From assembly GCA_028023455.1 (NCBI GenBank), contig JAQFVV010000003.1, positions 26,970,001 to 27,034,000 of the forward strand: a stretch of DNA of 64,000 bases. The letters are read 5' to 3'. This DNA comes from Epiperipatus broadwayi. Taxonomy: Eukaryota; Animalia; Onychophora. This document shows, in pieces, positions 11,658 through 24,429 of this stretch (positions are counted from its first letter, which is position 1; the number at the start of each line of letters is the position of its first letter). Under the pieces are notes generated by a model, which was not told the origin of the DNA, made no database searches, and saw nothing but the letters and a program-made list of their open reading frames with translations. Made by a program: the position numbers and the translations under genes.

Positions 11658-14600
11658 ATATATATATATATATATATATTACATGTCAAGGTGCAACTAA
11701 TTCTGCAAATATGACCCAGCTCAATAACTCAGCCAGGCTAACACTTCTGCTATCAATTATGAAGGCTACAACACATCACTAGTACTCATCTGAGCAATGT
11801 AGATTAATTGGGAATTATTATCATGGCTACACTGATTCCTTTGGATGCTGGCTGGAGTGCCAATGGCTCTTCTGTTTGAAAGAAGAAGTATCTCTTTGTG
11901 ATTTGAATAATTTCAAAATTAAAAGTCAAACTCTAGATCATGTGCAGATGTCCTAATCACTAAACCATGAAACTCTTATTGTTTGGAAAGTGAAATGTCA
12001 AAGGTTAAGCTATAATCTGCACATTAATGAGGATAGTAAGTTTGTTAATTAGTGAATAATCTTTAATTCTTAACTTTTTTTTTGCTTAACTTTATTAATT
12101 TATTTTAAATATAAATGAAGGAATGATTTAAATGGAAGATGGTGGACTGTAATAAAATAAAAGGATCTAGGTTAAAATGTTGTTCCTGAAATGTGTAAAT
12201 TTTAAAAGAGGTTGGAAATTATAGGGAGAAGTCAAATAATAAAAGATTTTAATTATTGAAACATACCTTAGTTTCACATTCTTTTAATGAACAGTGAGAG
12301 TGCTGCCCACTGTAGATTTATAGCTAGTTGGAACCTAACAGAATGTATGTTATTATTATATAGTTTTATGATTATTGAAAAAAATGGTAATATATAATTA
12401 GGGTTTTATCTTTTTAAATAATTGTCTCTATAAATTGAAATAATAAACAAACTTAATATTTTTTTTAATTAACAGTTACTTTAGATGAGACATGTCTTTG
12501 CTTATTTTGGATTGGTCTTCATATTAAATATTTTCTGCAAAATAACTTCCTATAAACAAATGCTTGGAGAGCATATCTTCTATATCTACTTGTAGAGATA
12601 GCAAGTTATTATGAAAATAAGGCAATGTCAGAAGTAATGTAAGCCTAATCAAATAACATCTTTTTTTCTGAATTTGCAGTTAATGCAACTCAGAAAATTT
12701 GGTGCAGTTATACAGAAATAGACTTTGGACTTCAACATTTGTGCATTATAGTTGAAAACTATCCTTTCAGATGATCAAACTATTTATGAATATCCATACA
12801 ATAAATAATGTGATTGCTTTTTTTAGCAGCAGTAAACCATTCTACCACATTTTTCAAGCAAAATAATTAATTGGATAATTTGGGCTATTGGTGTCCATTA
12901 CTAAGGAACATTAGATAAACCAATAACCAGAAAAATCTGAGAATTTGATTGGCATTACCATCTAGTGTCTGTCTATTCATTATTCAATCTAAACAGAAGG
13001 CTGTAGAATGATGCAAATATCATGTGATATTTCTTTGCTCAATATTTTTTTTAATTATCCTATATTATAACCAACTACACTCTTTCTATTTTTTAATTAA
13101 GCAACATCTGACATTTAAAAAGGCAGTTCAAATGTGAAAAAAAAGATAATTATACTGAAATATTGAAGCTTAATTGTATATATACTTTTACATTTTTTCA
13201 GATTCTGTAGCTGTTAAAATGCTTGTGGTTTTTATCAGCTTAGTCACCATAGTGATAAATGTGCCACAAAAAGCAATTTCTTTGATACAAACTCAGAAAT
13301 TTATTTTTTATTAAAAGAATTAAATAAAACTTAATTTGGCAGCAGTTTATGCCAAAAGTTTATTAATTTTCTGCTTTGAAATGCTAGGCCGATAACTTAA
13401 TATTTATTTTAAAAATCAAAGTACTTGGAAACTTCCACAAATGTCTTTTTTTGGATAATTTTTAGTAGTTTTTTTTTTTTAATTCAATGAAGTCGAATTT
13501 TTTTTTAATATTATCTTAAATCAAAGTTTCTACACTTTTTAGTATATAATAAATAATTGTAGGATTGGTTACTTGTAAGGTCAGATGATGTTTGAGTATT
13601 TAAAATAGATAGAAAGCAATTGTTTAATTCAGTTGTCTGAATTGAGACTTTTTTTTTTAATTCAGTGAAAATTGATCTTGGATCTTTAACCCTGACTTCA
13701 CCAACTCTTTTCACGATGTTAATTCCTTTAATGCACTTTTCATTAGTCAGTGTCTATAAATAGAATCTTAAGATTGGCAACAGGAATCAGTGATGATAAA
13801 TATGAATATTGGGAGATGGAAACTAGCTTATATGTGAATACTTTTAATTACTACCTTTTTTACTTTAATGACAAACCCATTGTTGAAGTATTTCAATATA
13901 TTAAAGCTGTTTGGCTGATGCCTTTGATTTCTACAGCAAACAATGCCTTGAACAGAACAGAAATGAAAGAAAACTTACCAGAATAATGGGCATGGAGTAG
14001 AATACAAAATCCTTAATCCATATGAGTAAATATATCTTGCAATTTAGTATAATGACAGAATAGCAAACTCAAAAGCTAAAGTTTCTGAATAAAAAATTAA
14101 CCTTGTTTTTTCTAGTTTTCAAACATCACTTGGCCTAATAAACAATTTATTGTTCAATTATTTTAACCCATACAATGGTAGTGTGATAGGCTTGGAAGTT
14201 AAAGATTTCTAGATCAAAACTGAATCAGCTACTTTTGATGCTTAGGTGTCACATGACCCATCCCCTAAATGATAACTATTTAAATAGTCAATAGAAAATA
14301 TAATTACATCCAATTATTTTTAAGTGTAATTAAAAATACTATGAACAATGAAATAATAGACTTTTGTTTGGAATGCCTATGGATATTCACTTGACATACA
14401 AAGAAATCAAGAGCTATCCATTATAATGCCATTTAGAATAAACTTAAGTAGGAAGAGATTAGCAGATGTTTATTAAATACATATCCTTAGCATTTAAATC
14501 CCTATCCCAGTTTGGTTTTTGGCCGTTGTCTTCTTCAGTAAAGGCATGGAATTCAAAGTTAGAAGAAATTCACACCAGAATGGAGAATTACTCTCATTAT

Positions 14601-14959
14601 ATTATATTGTTTAAGCTATGAAGTTTAATGATTTGTTTCTGATGAACATATTTTTTGTTTTTAGAAAAGACATTTTTAAAGATCTATACAAAATAGTATG
14701 TGTAAAACAAATCAAAAGATATGAGATAATATATAATTAATCAGGGATCAATAATATTATATTAGTTAAAGTACTAATTCACAGTGAAAGAAATACTAAA
14801 TATCATGATATTAAATGATTAAACTGACAAGAAGTAAAATAAACACATGTATTAAAAGACATCATAAATTCCAATATGAAACAAATTTAGTCAAAGATAA
14901 ACCAAATCAATTCAAGAGTGATAACAACTTTCAAAAACTTAATACAATACCTTATACAT

Positions 14960-15780
14960 ATCACATGATTATTATTTCTTATGCTTGCTTATAACTGTTA
15001 TTAAACAGGCAAAACTCACTGCAAGCTAGATCCTAAGATCTAGGTGCAGTGCTCTCAGATCCAAGGCTCCTCACTGATGAAGGCCAAAAGCCAGAAACTA
15101 GTCTGGAAATATTGGATGAGTAGGCACTAGATGGGGATTTTATGCACAAGCTTTCTGGCATCCATTGATTACTCTAGCTTGCAATATATGACAATATGTA
15201 TAACTGAAACACACAGGCTTATTATATACCTGGTTTTATATATGTAATATATAGAGTATATGAGCACAGACTTTCACATGACCCACCACTCTATACACTA
15301 TCTCATAACCCTGATACACTTGAACACATATATGTTGAAAAGATAAATAATCACCAATAGTGAGTTTTGCCTGTTTTAATATACCTTATACATACTAATT
15401 AAGTCACTAATTATAACTTCACCTTAAACTAAAATCTTACAATAAAAATATGATAAAATGGAGAAATATGAATATGTATACATTTTTCAATTACATTTAA
15501 ATGTAAATAAAAATAATATATATAAAAAAAATCTTTTAAAACAGACAAAACTCTCCATACAGTATTGCCACTCAGTGCAAGCCAGAGTAATCAATGGATG
15601 CCAGAAGGCTTGTGCATAAAATCCCCATCTAGTGCCTACTCATACAATATCCCCAGAGTAGTTTCTGGCTTGTAGTCTTGGATCTAAAAGCATTGCATTG
15701 AGTAGCAATACTGTATGGAGAAAATTGCCTGTTTTAATGACAGTTATAAGCAAGCATAAGAAATGGTGATCATGTAATGT
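14960..15780. repeat. Nested inverted repeats of family B (hammerhead-bearing)
   Basis: 14960-15015 pairs with 15720-15780, 15050-15183 with 15577-15690, and 15540-15580 with 15695-15735. Homologous to 58651-58845 and 59005-59080. Confidence 0.8.
15068..15109 (+). ncRNA. Minimal hammerhead, canonical core (family B)
   Basis: TCCTCA CTGATGA AGGCCAAAAGCCA GAAA CTAGT C TGGAAA; palindromic ACTAGT stem III and GUC triplet; deleted sister at 58763-58797 (-). Confidence 0.72.
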
Positions 15781-15805
15781 TTATTGACTTAAAAAATCTT
15801 TTATC

Positions 15806-16091
15806 ATAAACACTTTTATTTACTGTGCACTAAAAAGCCCCCCCCCCCAAAAAAAAAACAATTGTTTTTTTCAATTACAATTGGGGTTTTTATATTTAAT
15901 ATGAAATAAAAGTGTGGTATGTCCAGAAATTAATTAACTCAATTACTCATTGTTAAAATTAGTGTTGAATTAATTAATTTTGGGACAAAACATGCTTTTG
16001 TTTCACATTAAATATAAATATTTTAATTATGGTTGAAGAAAACAATTATTTTATGGTTTTTTAGTGCACAGTAAATAAAAATATTTATTAT
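15806..16091. repeat. AT-rich MITE-like inverted repeat
   Basis: TTTTATTTACTGTGCACTAAAAA / TTTTTAGTGCACAGTAAATAAAA outer arms, with further inner pairing. Confidence 0.65.
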
Positions 16092-17149
16092 AAAATAATT
16101 TTTGCTATATTATTTTTGACTTTTTAGTATTCACACATAAATAAAAGCATTTATTATAAAATAGTTTATATTATTTTCAATTTCTTAGTGGTCAGATATT
16201 TTTTGTAATTATTCTTACTTAAAATGGAGAATAAAAATGAGGTCACAGTCTGTGTAATATTTTTTAAAAAATTTATGCCTTGTTTATGAAATAGTATTTA
16301 AAAAAACTTTTACAATCAATGGGATTAAGATTTGTTTTTATTTCTATTTTAATTGATTGTTAACACCTTTTAGTGTAACCTTTTCTTATATGCATTAGTT
16401 ACTAAATGAATATCATGTTTGAAATTCATTTTGAAAACACCCTTAGACAAACCTGAAATTTTTTGTTGTCATATTGTATTAGCATCAATTTTCAACATAT
16501 GTCCAAAATTTAAAGGATATCCACTTGATAGAAATATGTTAAAAATCGATTACAAAATTTATCCTAAACAAGCAAAGTTTCTAAGTATCGACTGCTTAGG
16601 AACTTAGGATATTATGTGATATCTGAGTCTCTGAAGTGTCAAGTTGAGTTTTAATTCAAGAACCTTTAAATTCTGAGTTCATTATTCTACTACTGCACCA
16701 AACAATAATGTTGATTCAAGTGTCCTAAGAGTAATAATTTATGTAATAGTAATCAATAAGATTTACTCAACTCAAGGCATATAGAAATTTCTCCCCATTT
16801 TTCTCGGCTTATAAGACCAGTTATAGAAAGTTTTTTTTTTAAAATATCAAGTTATTAGCTTGGATAGTATAAAGGAATAATAGTTGGCTCTAAATGACTC
16901 CTAATCTTCATTAACAAAGTCAGAAATCATTTGATCTGGAGATGAAGATTTTATCGCAGTACACTATTTGGTGTTTACTGATTTCTAACATTTTCAATAG
17001 ATGGATCTAGAATAGAATGAAAATAATTACTCTTGGAAACATATGAGTAAGATTATGCAATACTAATGTTGCTGCTGGTATATTCTCCTGTTTACTTTCC
17101 ACATGTCAAAGACTAGGTTTATGTGTTTCTAGAAGAGATTACATAAAAT

Positions 17150-17470
17150 GAATAGTTATTATACTGCACTTCCAATGCATACCAGTGAAGCTACATTTGA
17201 ATTATGTTTTATTCTGGCTTAGTGCTTTTGAGGCATATTTGCTCTCATATTCATAACCTGTGTCATTCTCAATTTTGTTATCATTAGTGTATGCAATTAT
17301 ATGCAAATTAATCAACCAGTCCATTTCTAGGAAATTGAGAAGCATCTATTGATGGCCTTCAGATCATTTGCAGTGAAATATGCCTCTTTTATTTTGCATT
17401 TAGCATCATTTCTTTTCAAGCACATGATTTCAGCATTGGTGGGTTCAAAATTGTGATCATAATAGCACGT
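17150..17470 (-). mobile_element. Penelope-like element 3' fragment (GIY-YIG C-terminus plus pLTR with hammerhead)
   Basis: 17321-17455 encodes HNFEPTNAEIMCLKRNDAKCKIKEAYFTANDLKAINRCFSIS*KW; hammerhead-like motif at 17216-17258. Confidence 0.8.
17216..17258 (-). ncRNA. Decayed minimal hammerhead-like motif, A3-U8 variant
   Basis: GGTT ATGAATA T GAG AGCAAATATGC CTC AAAA GCACT A AGCC (G12 lost by CpG decay). Confidence 0.65.
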
Positions 17471-18299
17471 TATTTTGAGGGAAAAAACGATTGTGTGCAT
17501 TCTGCAATTAATAATCAACTTTACATGATCCAAGTTATCAAATATGTATAAAATATCATTTACTCTATAGTATTTGCTTAATTTGAAATCATATCACAAT
17601 TTTTTTCAGATATATACAAGCCAAAGCAAATGTTATTGCATATGTAGATACAATATAGTACAAAAAAAAAAAGAAATACAAATTTCATTCAGGTCATATA
17701 CTACACTATTAATAATTAATTTTAAATTGTGAACTATATGGCTAAAATATTCAGTCAATTAATTTTGAATTAAAATTTCTCAGTCAAATTAAAATTGCTA
17801 CATCATAAATCTAAAATATTTTTAATAAAAAATAAAACAAAAAAGAAAGAAATGATTTCATGAATTATTCAATTAATAATTATCATTATATGATCAAAAG
17901 TTATTAAAGATAAATTTAAAAATAATATTTACTTGCCAGATTTTAAATTGCAATCTGGTAATTTGTTTCAAACATATCCAAGACAATGTCAATGCTATGA
18001 CAAAATTGAAAAATTATAGTACTGAAAAGAAATACAAATTTTGTTGAGCATAAAAATAAATTTTGCTTGTATATTATTAATAATTAATTTTAAATTGTGC
18101 ACTATATATATATATTAGCTATAATATTTCATTGAGCAATTTAAATTAAAACCTTTACAAACACAAATTTCAGTCATATCAATCCTGTTATTATTGTAAA
18201 TGTATTTTTGGTAAAAAAAAAAAAAAGGGTGGGGTGGGGGGTGAGAGATGATTTCATGCATTATACATTTAGTAATAAATTTTAATAATAAATAAATAA

Positions 18300-18830
18300 T
18301 CATGACTTCTAAATATCTATAGTTGTAAAGTAGAAGTAACTACTTCCCATTAAATTATGTAGTGTCAAAAACCAATGAAAAGATAGAATGATACCATTCT
18401 ATCTTTGGAATCTAATATTATATAAACTTAGTTTCTGGCTTGATTATCAAATTATACAGTGAATTTTGTCTGTTTTAATTTATGTACAGATTAAATGTTT
18501 TGCAATCACCAGTAATATATTCAAAGGATGAAGAATGAGAATTTTTAACAACCTTTGAACATTAAGTATTAATTTTAATAATTATAACAATAAGTAAATA
18601 ATCATAACTTCTAACTATCTGTAATTGTAACGTGGAAGTAACTACCTCTCATTGAGTTATATAGTATCAAAAACCAAAGAAGAGATAGAATAATACCAAT
18701 TAACTGTATAATTTTAAAACTAAGTCAAAAACTAAGCTTATATAACAATAGAGCCCAAAGATAGAATGAAATCATTCTATATTTTCATTGGTTTTTGATG
18801 CTACATAATCCAATGAGAAGTAATTATTTC
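18300..18830. repeat. Direct plus inverted copies of an approximately 110-bp unit
   Basis: 18301-18410 resembles 18603-18700; inverted copy at about 18750-18830. Confidence 0.6.
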
Positions 18831-18852
18831 TGCTTTGTGTATGCTTATGCTA

Positions 18853-20231
18853 TTAAAGAAGAATTCTTGTTTGTCTTTTCCAGAAACAACAAAAGCCAGC
18901 TGTAAATATTTTTACTTTGCTTTGCAAATAAGACTTTGATTGAAAAGGAAAACTTTATTCTCTTTGCACTTATGGAGAGCTTATGATTTTTTTCAAGTTT
19001 TCATCATCATTGCTTTTTACACAGATATGCACTGGTAACAAAGATTCCAAAAATCTTAAAGAAGTTTGTAAACAACCAAAAAAATTATCAGCTTTATCAA
19101 AAAAAGTTATTTGAATCATCATATTTTTAAAATTTTTTGTCAATAAATGAAGGCAGAATATGAAGTACTTCTCTAACATATAGAAGTGTGTTGGCTTTCA
19201 AAGGGACAAATCTTAAAGTGCTTACTCAAACTTTGGATGAAAGTTTCACTTTTTCTGGATGTAAAAAAACCCACTCTTAAAACATTTTGAAAGAAAGAAT
19301 TTTATTTGTAGTCTGGATTTACTGACAGATGTTTTTAAAATATGATTAAATAAATATTTTCATTCCAAATCATAAAATCATCATTATGGATGCAAATGAA
19401 ATATTATAAGCTTTCTTGAATAAGTTACCCATATGGAAAATTAGAGTAGAGGCCAACATTCTTGTAAACTTTCTAATGTTAGTATAAGTGCTTTACCAAG
19501 ATGGAGATAAAGTACAAAATTCTCTGTTATGCTTTTGAAAAAACATGTCTGCAAATACTTGGAAATATTACAGAAACCCCTTTAAAAATTATTTCTATCT
19601 TGTGTCATAAAAATTGAACCATGGATTAGAAATTATTTTCTTTGTGATATAAATTATATTGAAGAAGTAGACTTAATAAAAGATAAATTCATTGACCTTA
19701 GGACAAAGAACTTATTACAAATGAAGTTTAACTCAAAAAGCCATGGAAAACTCTGGTGTTCCCTGCAAGAAGCCTAATCTTCTCTTGTAAAGCAAGCTAT
19801 GAAAGTTTTTATTCCAATTTGCAAAAATATATATTGCTGAATCAGAATTTTCAACATTCATATCAATGAAAACAAAAAATCAAATTCACTTAGATGTCCA
19901 ACATATGTACACTCTTATCAAATAACATCCTATAGATTAATGCAGTCTGCATATCGACACGTCTTTTAAAAAATAAAATTTAACTTTCATTTTCCTGTAT
20001 TATTGAGAATTGGCTTATTATTTAATCAATTAAAAAAGAATTGTTGTTTTTTTATTTTAGTAACTGCATTTCAATATATGTATCTGATTTTCATTGTAAT
20101 TTTATTTTGTGCATTTAAAAACTTTCTTGTGAAGACATGTTACTATGGGAGTGACATATTTATTAAATAATATACAGTATAGTGTGCACTTACTAATTTT
20201 TATTTTCATGTAGCAGGTTCTGAGAACAGTG
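18853..20231 (+). mobile_element. Decayed, 5'-truncated hAT (Charlie/Buster-like) transposon
   Basis: KEEFLF, ETTKA, HCFLHRYALVT, LNHHIFKIFCQ*MKAEYEVLL*HIEVCWLSKGQIL, and a C-terminal dimerisation-like LVKQAMKVFIP segment. Degenerate 3' terminus near 20215-20231. Confidence 0.88.
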
Positions 20232-21635
20232 GATAATTACTTGTAAAAAGATTGATAATGATGGCAGAGATGGGTTTTATATTGGCATGGGAAAACTCTT
20301 AATTTCTAAATGTCTGCAAAAAATGATCATTGCAAACTGTCTTACATTATAAAGTACTGACTTGACTTTATGAGAAAGTTGTAAAAATGTAATTTTGAAT
20401 AATCCTAATTAATTTAAAAAACATTTCAATGTTGAATGTCATAAAACTATCTGTTTCTATGTTCTAAAAAAGGAATCTATAGTTGTTTCTTGACTGGTAA
20501 AAGAATCTATAGAACAAAATAGATTTTGAACCCCTAATTCCCAACTGGGAAAAAAAATCAAAAAATATCTCAGCTATCCAAAGTAAAGGCCTGCCACTTT
20601 GATGACTGAGTGCCATATGATCTTCCAAGTAACTGATCATAATAATAAATAAACATAGTTGAAGAAAAACAAGCTGGGAATGTTTGTAATTTGATATGAC
20701 TATTTTATTCAATTATTATTCTACAACTAACAAAATTCTACAAATCATTTATGGGACCTAAGTTAGTTGCTTCCTATTTTTCTTTCTTTCCCTCTTTTTC
20801 TCACAGTTAATTAATGCAAAATCACGTTTTGAGATCACAATTGGTATTTTTTTTTTCCAGAAATTTTATGAGTTATCTCAAAGAGTCATTTATCAACATA
20901 ATGTACAAATTTTATAGCCCAAAATATTACTTTTACACAATACTTTTTAAATTATATAAATTATCGTTTAATACCTTTTAAATAATAAGCAATGTATTAA
21001 AATAATAGAAAAATAGTCTATATTTCATTTCATTTTATACATCATTATACAATGTTTTTCAACATTATTTTAAATTTTTGTATTTAGGTAGAACGACTGG
21101 TGCACCGAACGATCTATCAACAGAATGTAAAAACTATCAAAGAGACAGATTACAAGTATTATTTATTATTGTAATGTTATATAATTGCATTTTTATTTGT
21201 AAATGGCTTATTAAAGTTTACAATGCAGTTATATATAGTAAGAAGTCAAGATAAATTGGTGCAAATGATGAAAACTATCATTAATGATCAAAGCTTACAA
21301 TTCATGTGTGCACCCTTTTGCCTCATTGTTTTAATCTGCATTTAGGAAACTAACTGAATATATATTTTACAATCAGTATCATCTGAAGTAGAATAAATTA
21401 AAGCAACACAAAATAAAAAAACTCTTATGTCAGTAAAATAAAATAACGTAATATTAAATACAAATATTGTATAATGCATTCAATTCAGAAATGACTTAAA
21501 TTAAATGTTTACATACTCTATGAAAAAAATAAACTGCAAATAGAAAATATTACATTTATTAATAACAAATACCAAGTGAGTTTTTTTATTAAAAAAAAAA
21601 AAAAAAACATTAAAAAAAAAAAAAAAAAATTTTTT

Positions 21636-21641
21636 TTTATT
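21636..21641 (-). terminator. Putative AATAAA polyadenylation signal for exon B
   Basis: AATAAA on the minus strand, also 33 nt after the exon B stop codon. Confidence 0.55.
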
Positions 21642-21674
21642 AAGTGTAATTATCTTTAAAGGAGTTTGTGGCTA

Positions 21675-21838
21675 CTAGAGCCGTTGTGGCAAAAATATGC
21701 AACCCTGTACCATTTCTTTGCTTGGAAGATTCACCGTGTTATTTGTCCATTTATTTTCTTTTATGTCATAACATTCCACACTGCGTAAAGTATGATCTCG
21801 TTCATAATCAATACCTCCAATGATATAGATGTGAGAAT
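21675..21838 (-). CDS. Terminal coding exon B (distal duplicate) of the kelch gene
   Basis: Acceptor taatttcag|AT, also 164 nt and phase 1. Encodes DSHIYIIGGIDYERDHTLRSVECYDIKENKWTNNTVNLPSKEMVQGCIFLPQRL*; 33 of 54 residues identical to exon A, with no stops or indels. Confidence 0.8.
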
Positions 21839-24000
21839 CTGAAATTATTTATTTTAAATTTTTCTTTATTAATCAATCAAATATTGCTTGAAAATAATAT
21901 GTAATAACTTAAAATAAAACCGAACAATAAATATATCATGGATTTATTATTATTGTTGATGTTTTATTAGAAAGCATATAGAGTCCACAAATTAGTCATT
22001 CCATAATTAAAGATGTTATATTTTTATAAACCTACAAAAGAATAATATTATCTCTTCAACTGATGAAAGATGCTCCTTATTATAATCGTAATTTTTATTT
22101 TTTTCAGACAGTATATCAACAGCCATGACTAATCAAGATTAATCTTGGTGTTGATTCTCTAATTAAGATACTCATTTACTGAGCTCTATTAAATAGGCAG
22201 TTATATTGCCAATGAGCAATTACATAAAATAAAATAAAAAACAATCTAAACCTGTGTGTGACCTGAAAAAATTTCAATATTACTTTAACTCAAACTTCTG
22301 AGCATGGCAGATAGTTATATCTATGCTATAATAAATGTCAATTTTATTAGTTATCTAAAAATGATTTGAAGTTATTAAAACAAAGTTAAAGAAATTTTGT
22401 TTTGAGTAGATTATTAGAGTTCTTACACTGCACACATTCCTTTTTCCATCATTATTATCATCATAGACATTTTGAAAAACGTAAAAAAAAAAATGAATAG
22501 TGTATGTATTAATGTATATCATTTGAAGATAATTTCAAAATTATTAATGTTAATATGATTTTAATAACATATGAAAACATTATTGTTAAAGAGTGATAAT
22601 TCACTCTATTTTATTTTAGAGCCATCTATTGCAAGCTTGTATAATCAATGAATACTAGAAAGAGTCACATAGACTAGCTGATTATTCATGTTTATTATAG
22701 ATAGCTCTGGATAAAAATAGAGATTTTTGTTTCTGAACAGATGATGAAAATAAGTAAGAAGAACAATCTGATATTTTGTTATAAAAATTTAAAGTTAGTA
22801 TATCGATATGTATGGGCTTTTAATAAGAGAAAGGTGTCAATTTATAAAGTTCAATATTTTATTTATTGTGTGGACTTTATACAATAAAGAAGCTTGATGA
22901 ACTAAAAAAGAGAGAAATGAACTGGTTAGAGGTTTTTGTAATTATCTTTATAGTGAGAGAATGACATATACCAAAGTAAAAATATTTTTTCTTAGTTTAT
23001 ATTTTATCTGAATTTGACAATATCAATCTAAATTATGTCATTCTACTTCAGAGCCATCTACATAATCATAAGTATATCAGATGATAATGTTAAGAAGAGC
23101 ACAAGTCTGGTCTTTCTGATTTGTTGGGCACCAAATAGAAGATTGCAAGTAGACATCCTCAAAGTCACCTTAAATATTTGACACAGTGATAAGAAATGTT
23201 GGTAATTATTGTAAAATCTGTCTGTACTAAAACAACTAGTATCAGTTCTTTTTGGAAACGTTTAGAGTTGTCTTAGTAGAATAATTAAGATAATACAAAC
23301 ACTAACTTATTATGGTTGTGAATTATATGACATAGTAAAATATATTCAGCTTACATATTATGAAATTTTTATCTATCACAAATAATTTCACTTTACCAGT
23401 TCCTTCAGTTTATATTGTTTCAGAATAATATTTATTAAATAATAATAATCACCAAAAGTAAATAGTTGTTAAATATTAATAACTATGTGCATAAATTGTT
23501 GTTATTATTTCCAATTGAAAATCGTTAAAAAAAAGAGAAAAGGAGAAATTGCTAAGTTCTATCATTTGATTTTATGGTCAGATGACAGAAGTAAATATTA
23601 AGATGGGTTGTTGTAAATGAGCAGAATTTAATCTTTTGAAATCAAATTAAAAATTTAATCCTTGATAATATATGTAAATTAAATGTCATAAAAGTATAAT
23701 GCTGTCATAGTCAGTCGTTGAAAGTAAATTAGGAGCCACACTAGCTGTTCTTAAAGCAGATCATTCTTATTACTGCAGCATAGCTAATAAAATAAAATAA
23801 ATATTGAATGAATAGCAGGCTGATTTTGATCTGTTTAGCTCTTAATCTGGTCACTCTCACTGCACTAAACTGCATATTGTTTGTTAATGGACTTTTTAAA
23901 AAAATTATATTCGAGTAATACTGTCAAATCTTTTATGTTTCTGAGCAAATATAAGCTTCATCGAGGTTCGATCTTAATTTTTTAATATAAATATTAAAGA

Positions 24001-24385
24001 GCCTCATGGTGTAGTTTTCATGGTACATATGTATGCCATTTCTATAAATTGGGTTTGAGTCCAGACCAAGTAGCATTTGAATTTTGGGGGGATTTCAATT
24101 GGTTTCAATTTTGTTTCCCCCCCAGTGGCCAGTTCAAATAATTACCTAATGTTGGTCATAGCTATTCTTAGCTATATTAGGTAGAACAAGAATAGTGAAT
24201 CATGTATTCTATTTCATCGTTTCTTTATGAAGAGCTGATTGGAGATGCATTTGCTCAGTAATGGGGTATTTGAAGGCTGTTCTATCTTTTCCCTATTATT
24301 ATTATTATCATCATTATCATTATTACTACTATTACTACTACTACTACTATGACTACTGCTACTATTATTATTATTATTATATTTC
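24001..24385 (+). mobile_element. tRNA-derived SINE-like element with a (TAT/TAC)n tail
   Basis: A-box-like TGGTGTAGT, B-box-like GGTTTGAGTCC, and a long trinucleotide tail at about 24295-24380. Confidence 0.5.
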
Positions 24386-24429
24386 AACAATAATCATTAT
24401 TCATCTAAGAGAGAGAGAGAGAGAGAGTT

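Noticed and set aside
14490-14545. CTGAAGA on the minus strand
   Set aside because: No stem II or GAAA follows, so it is not a hammerhead.
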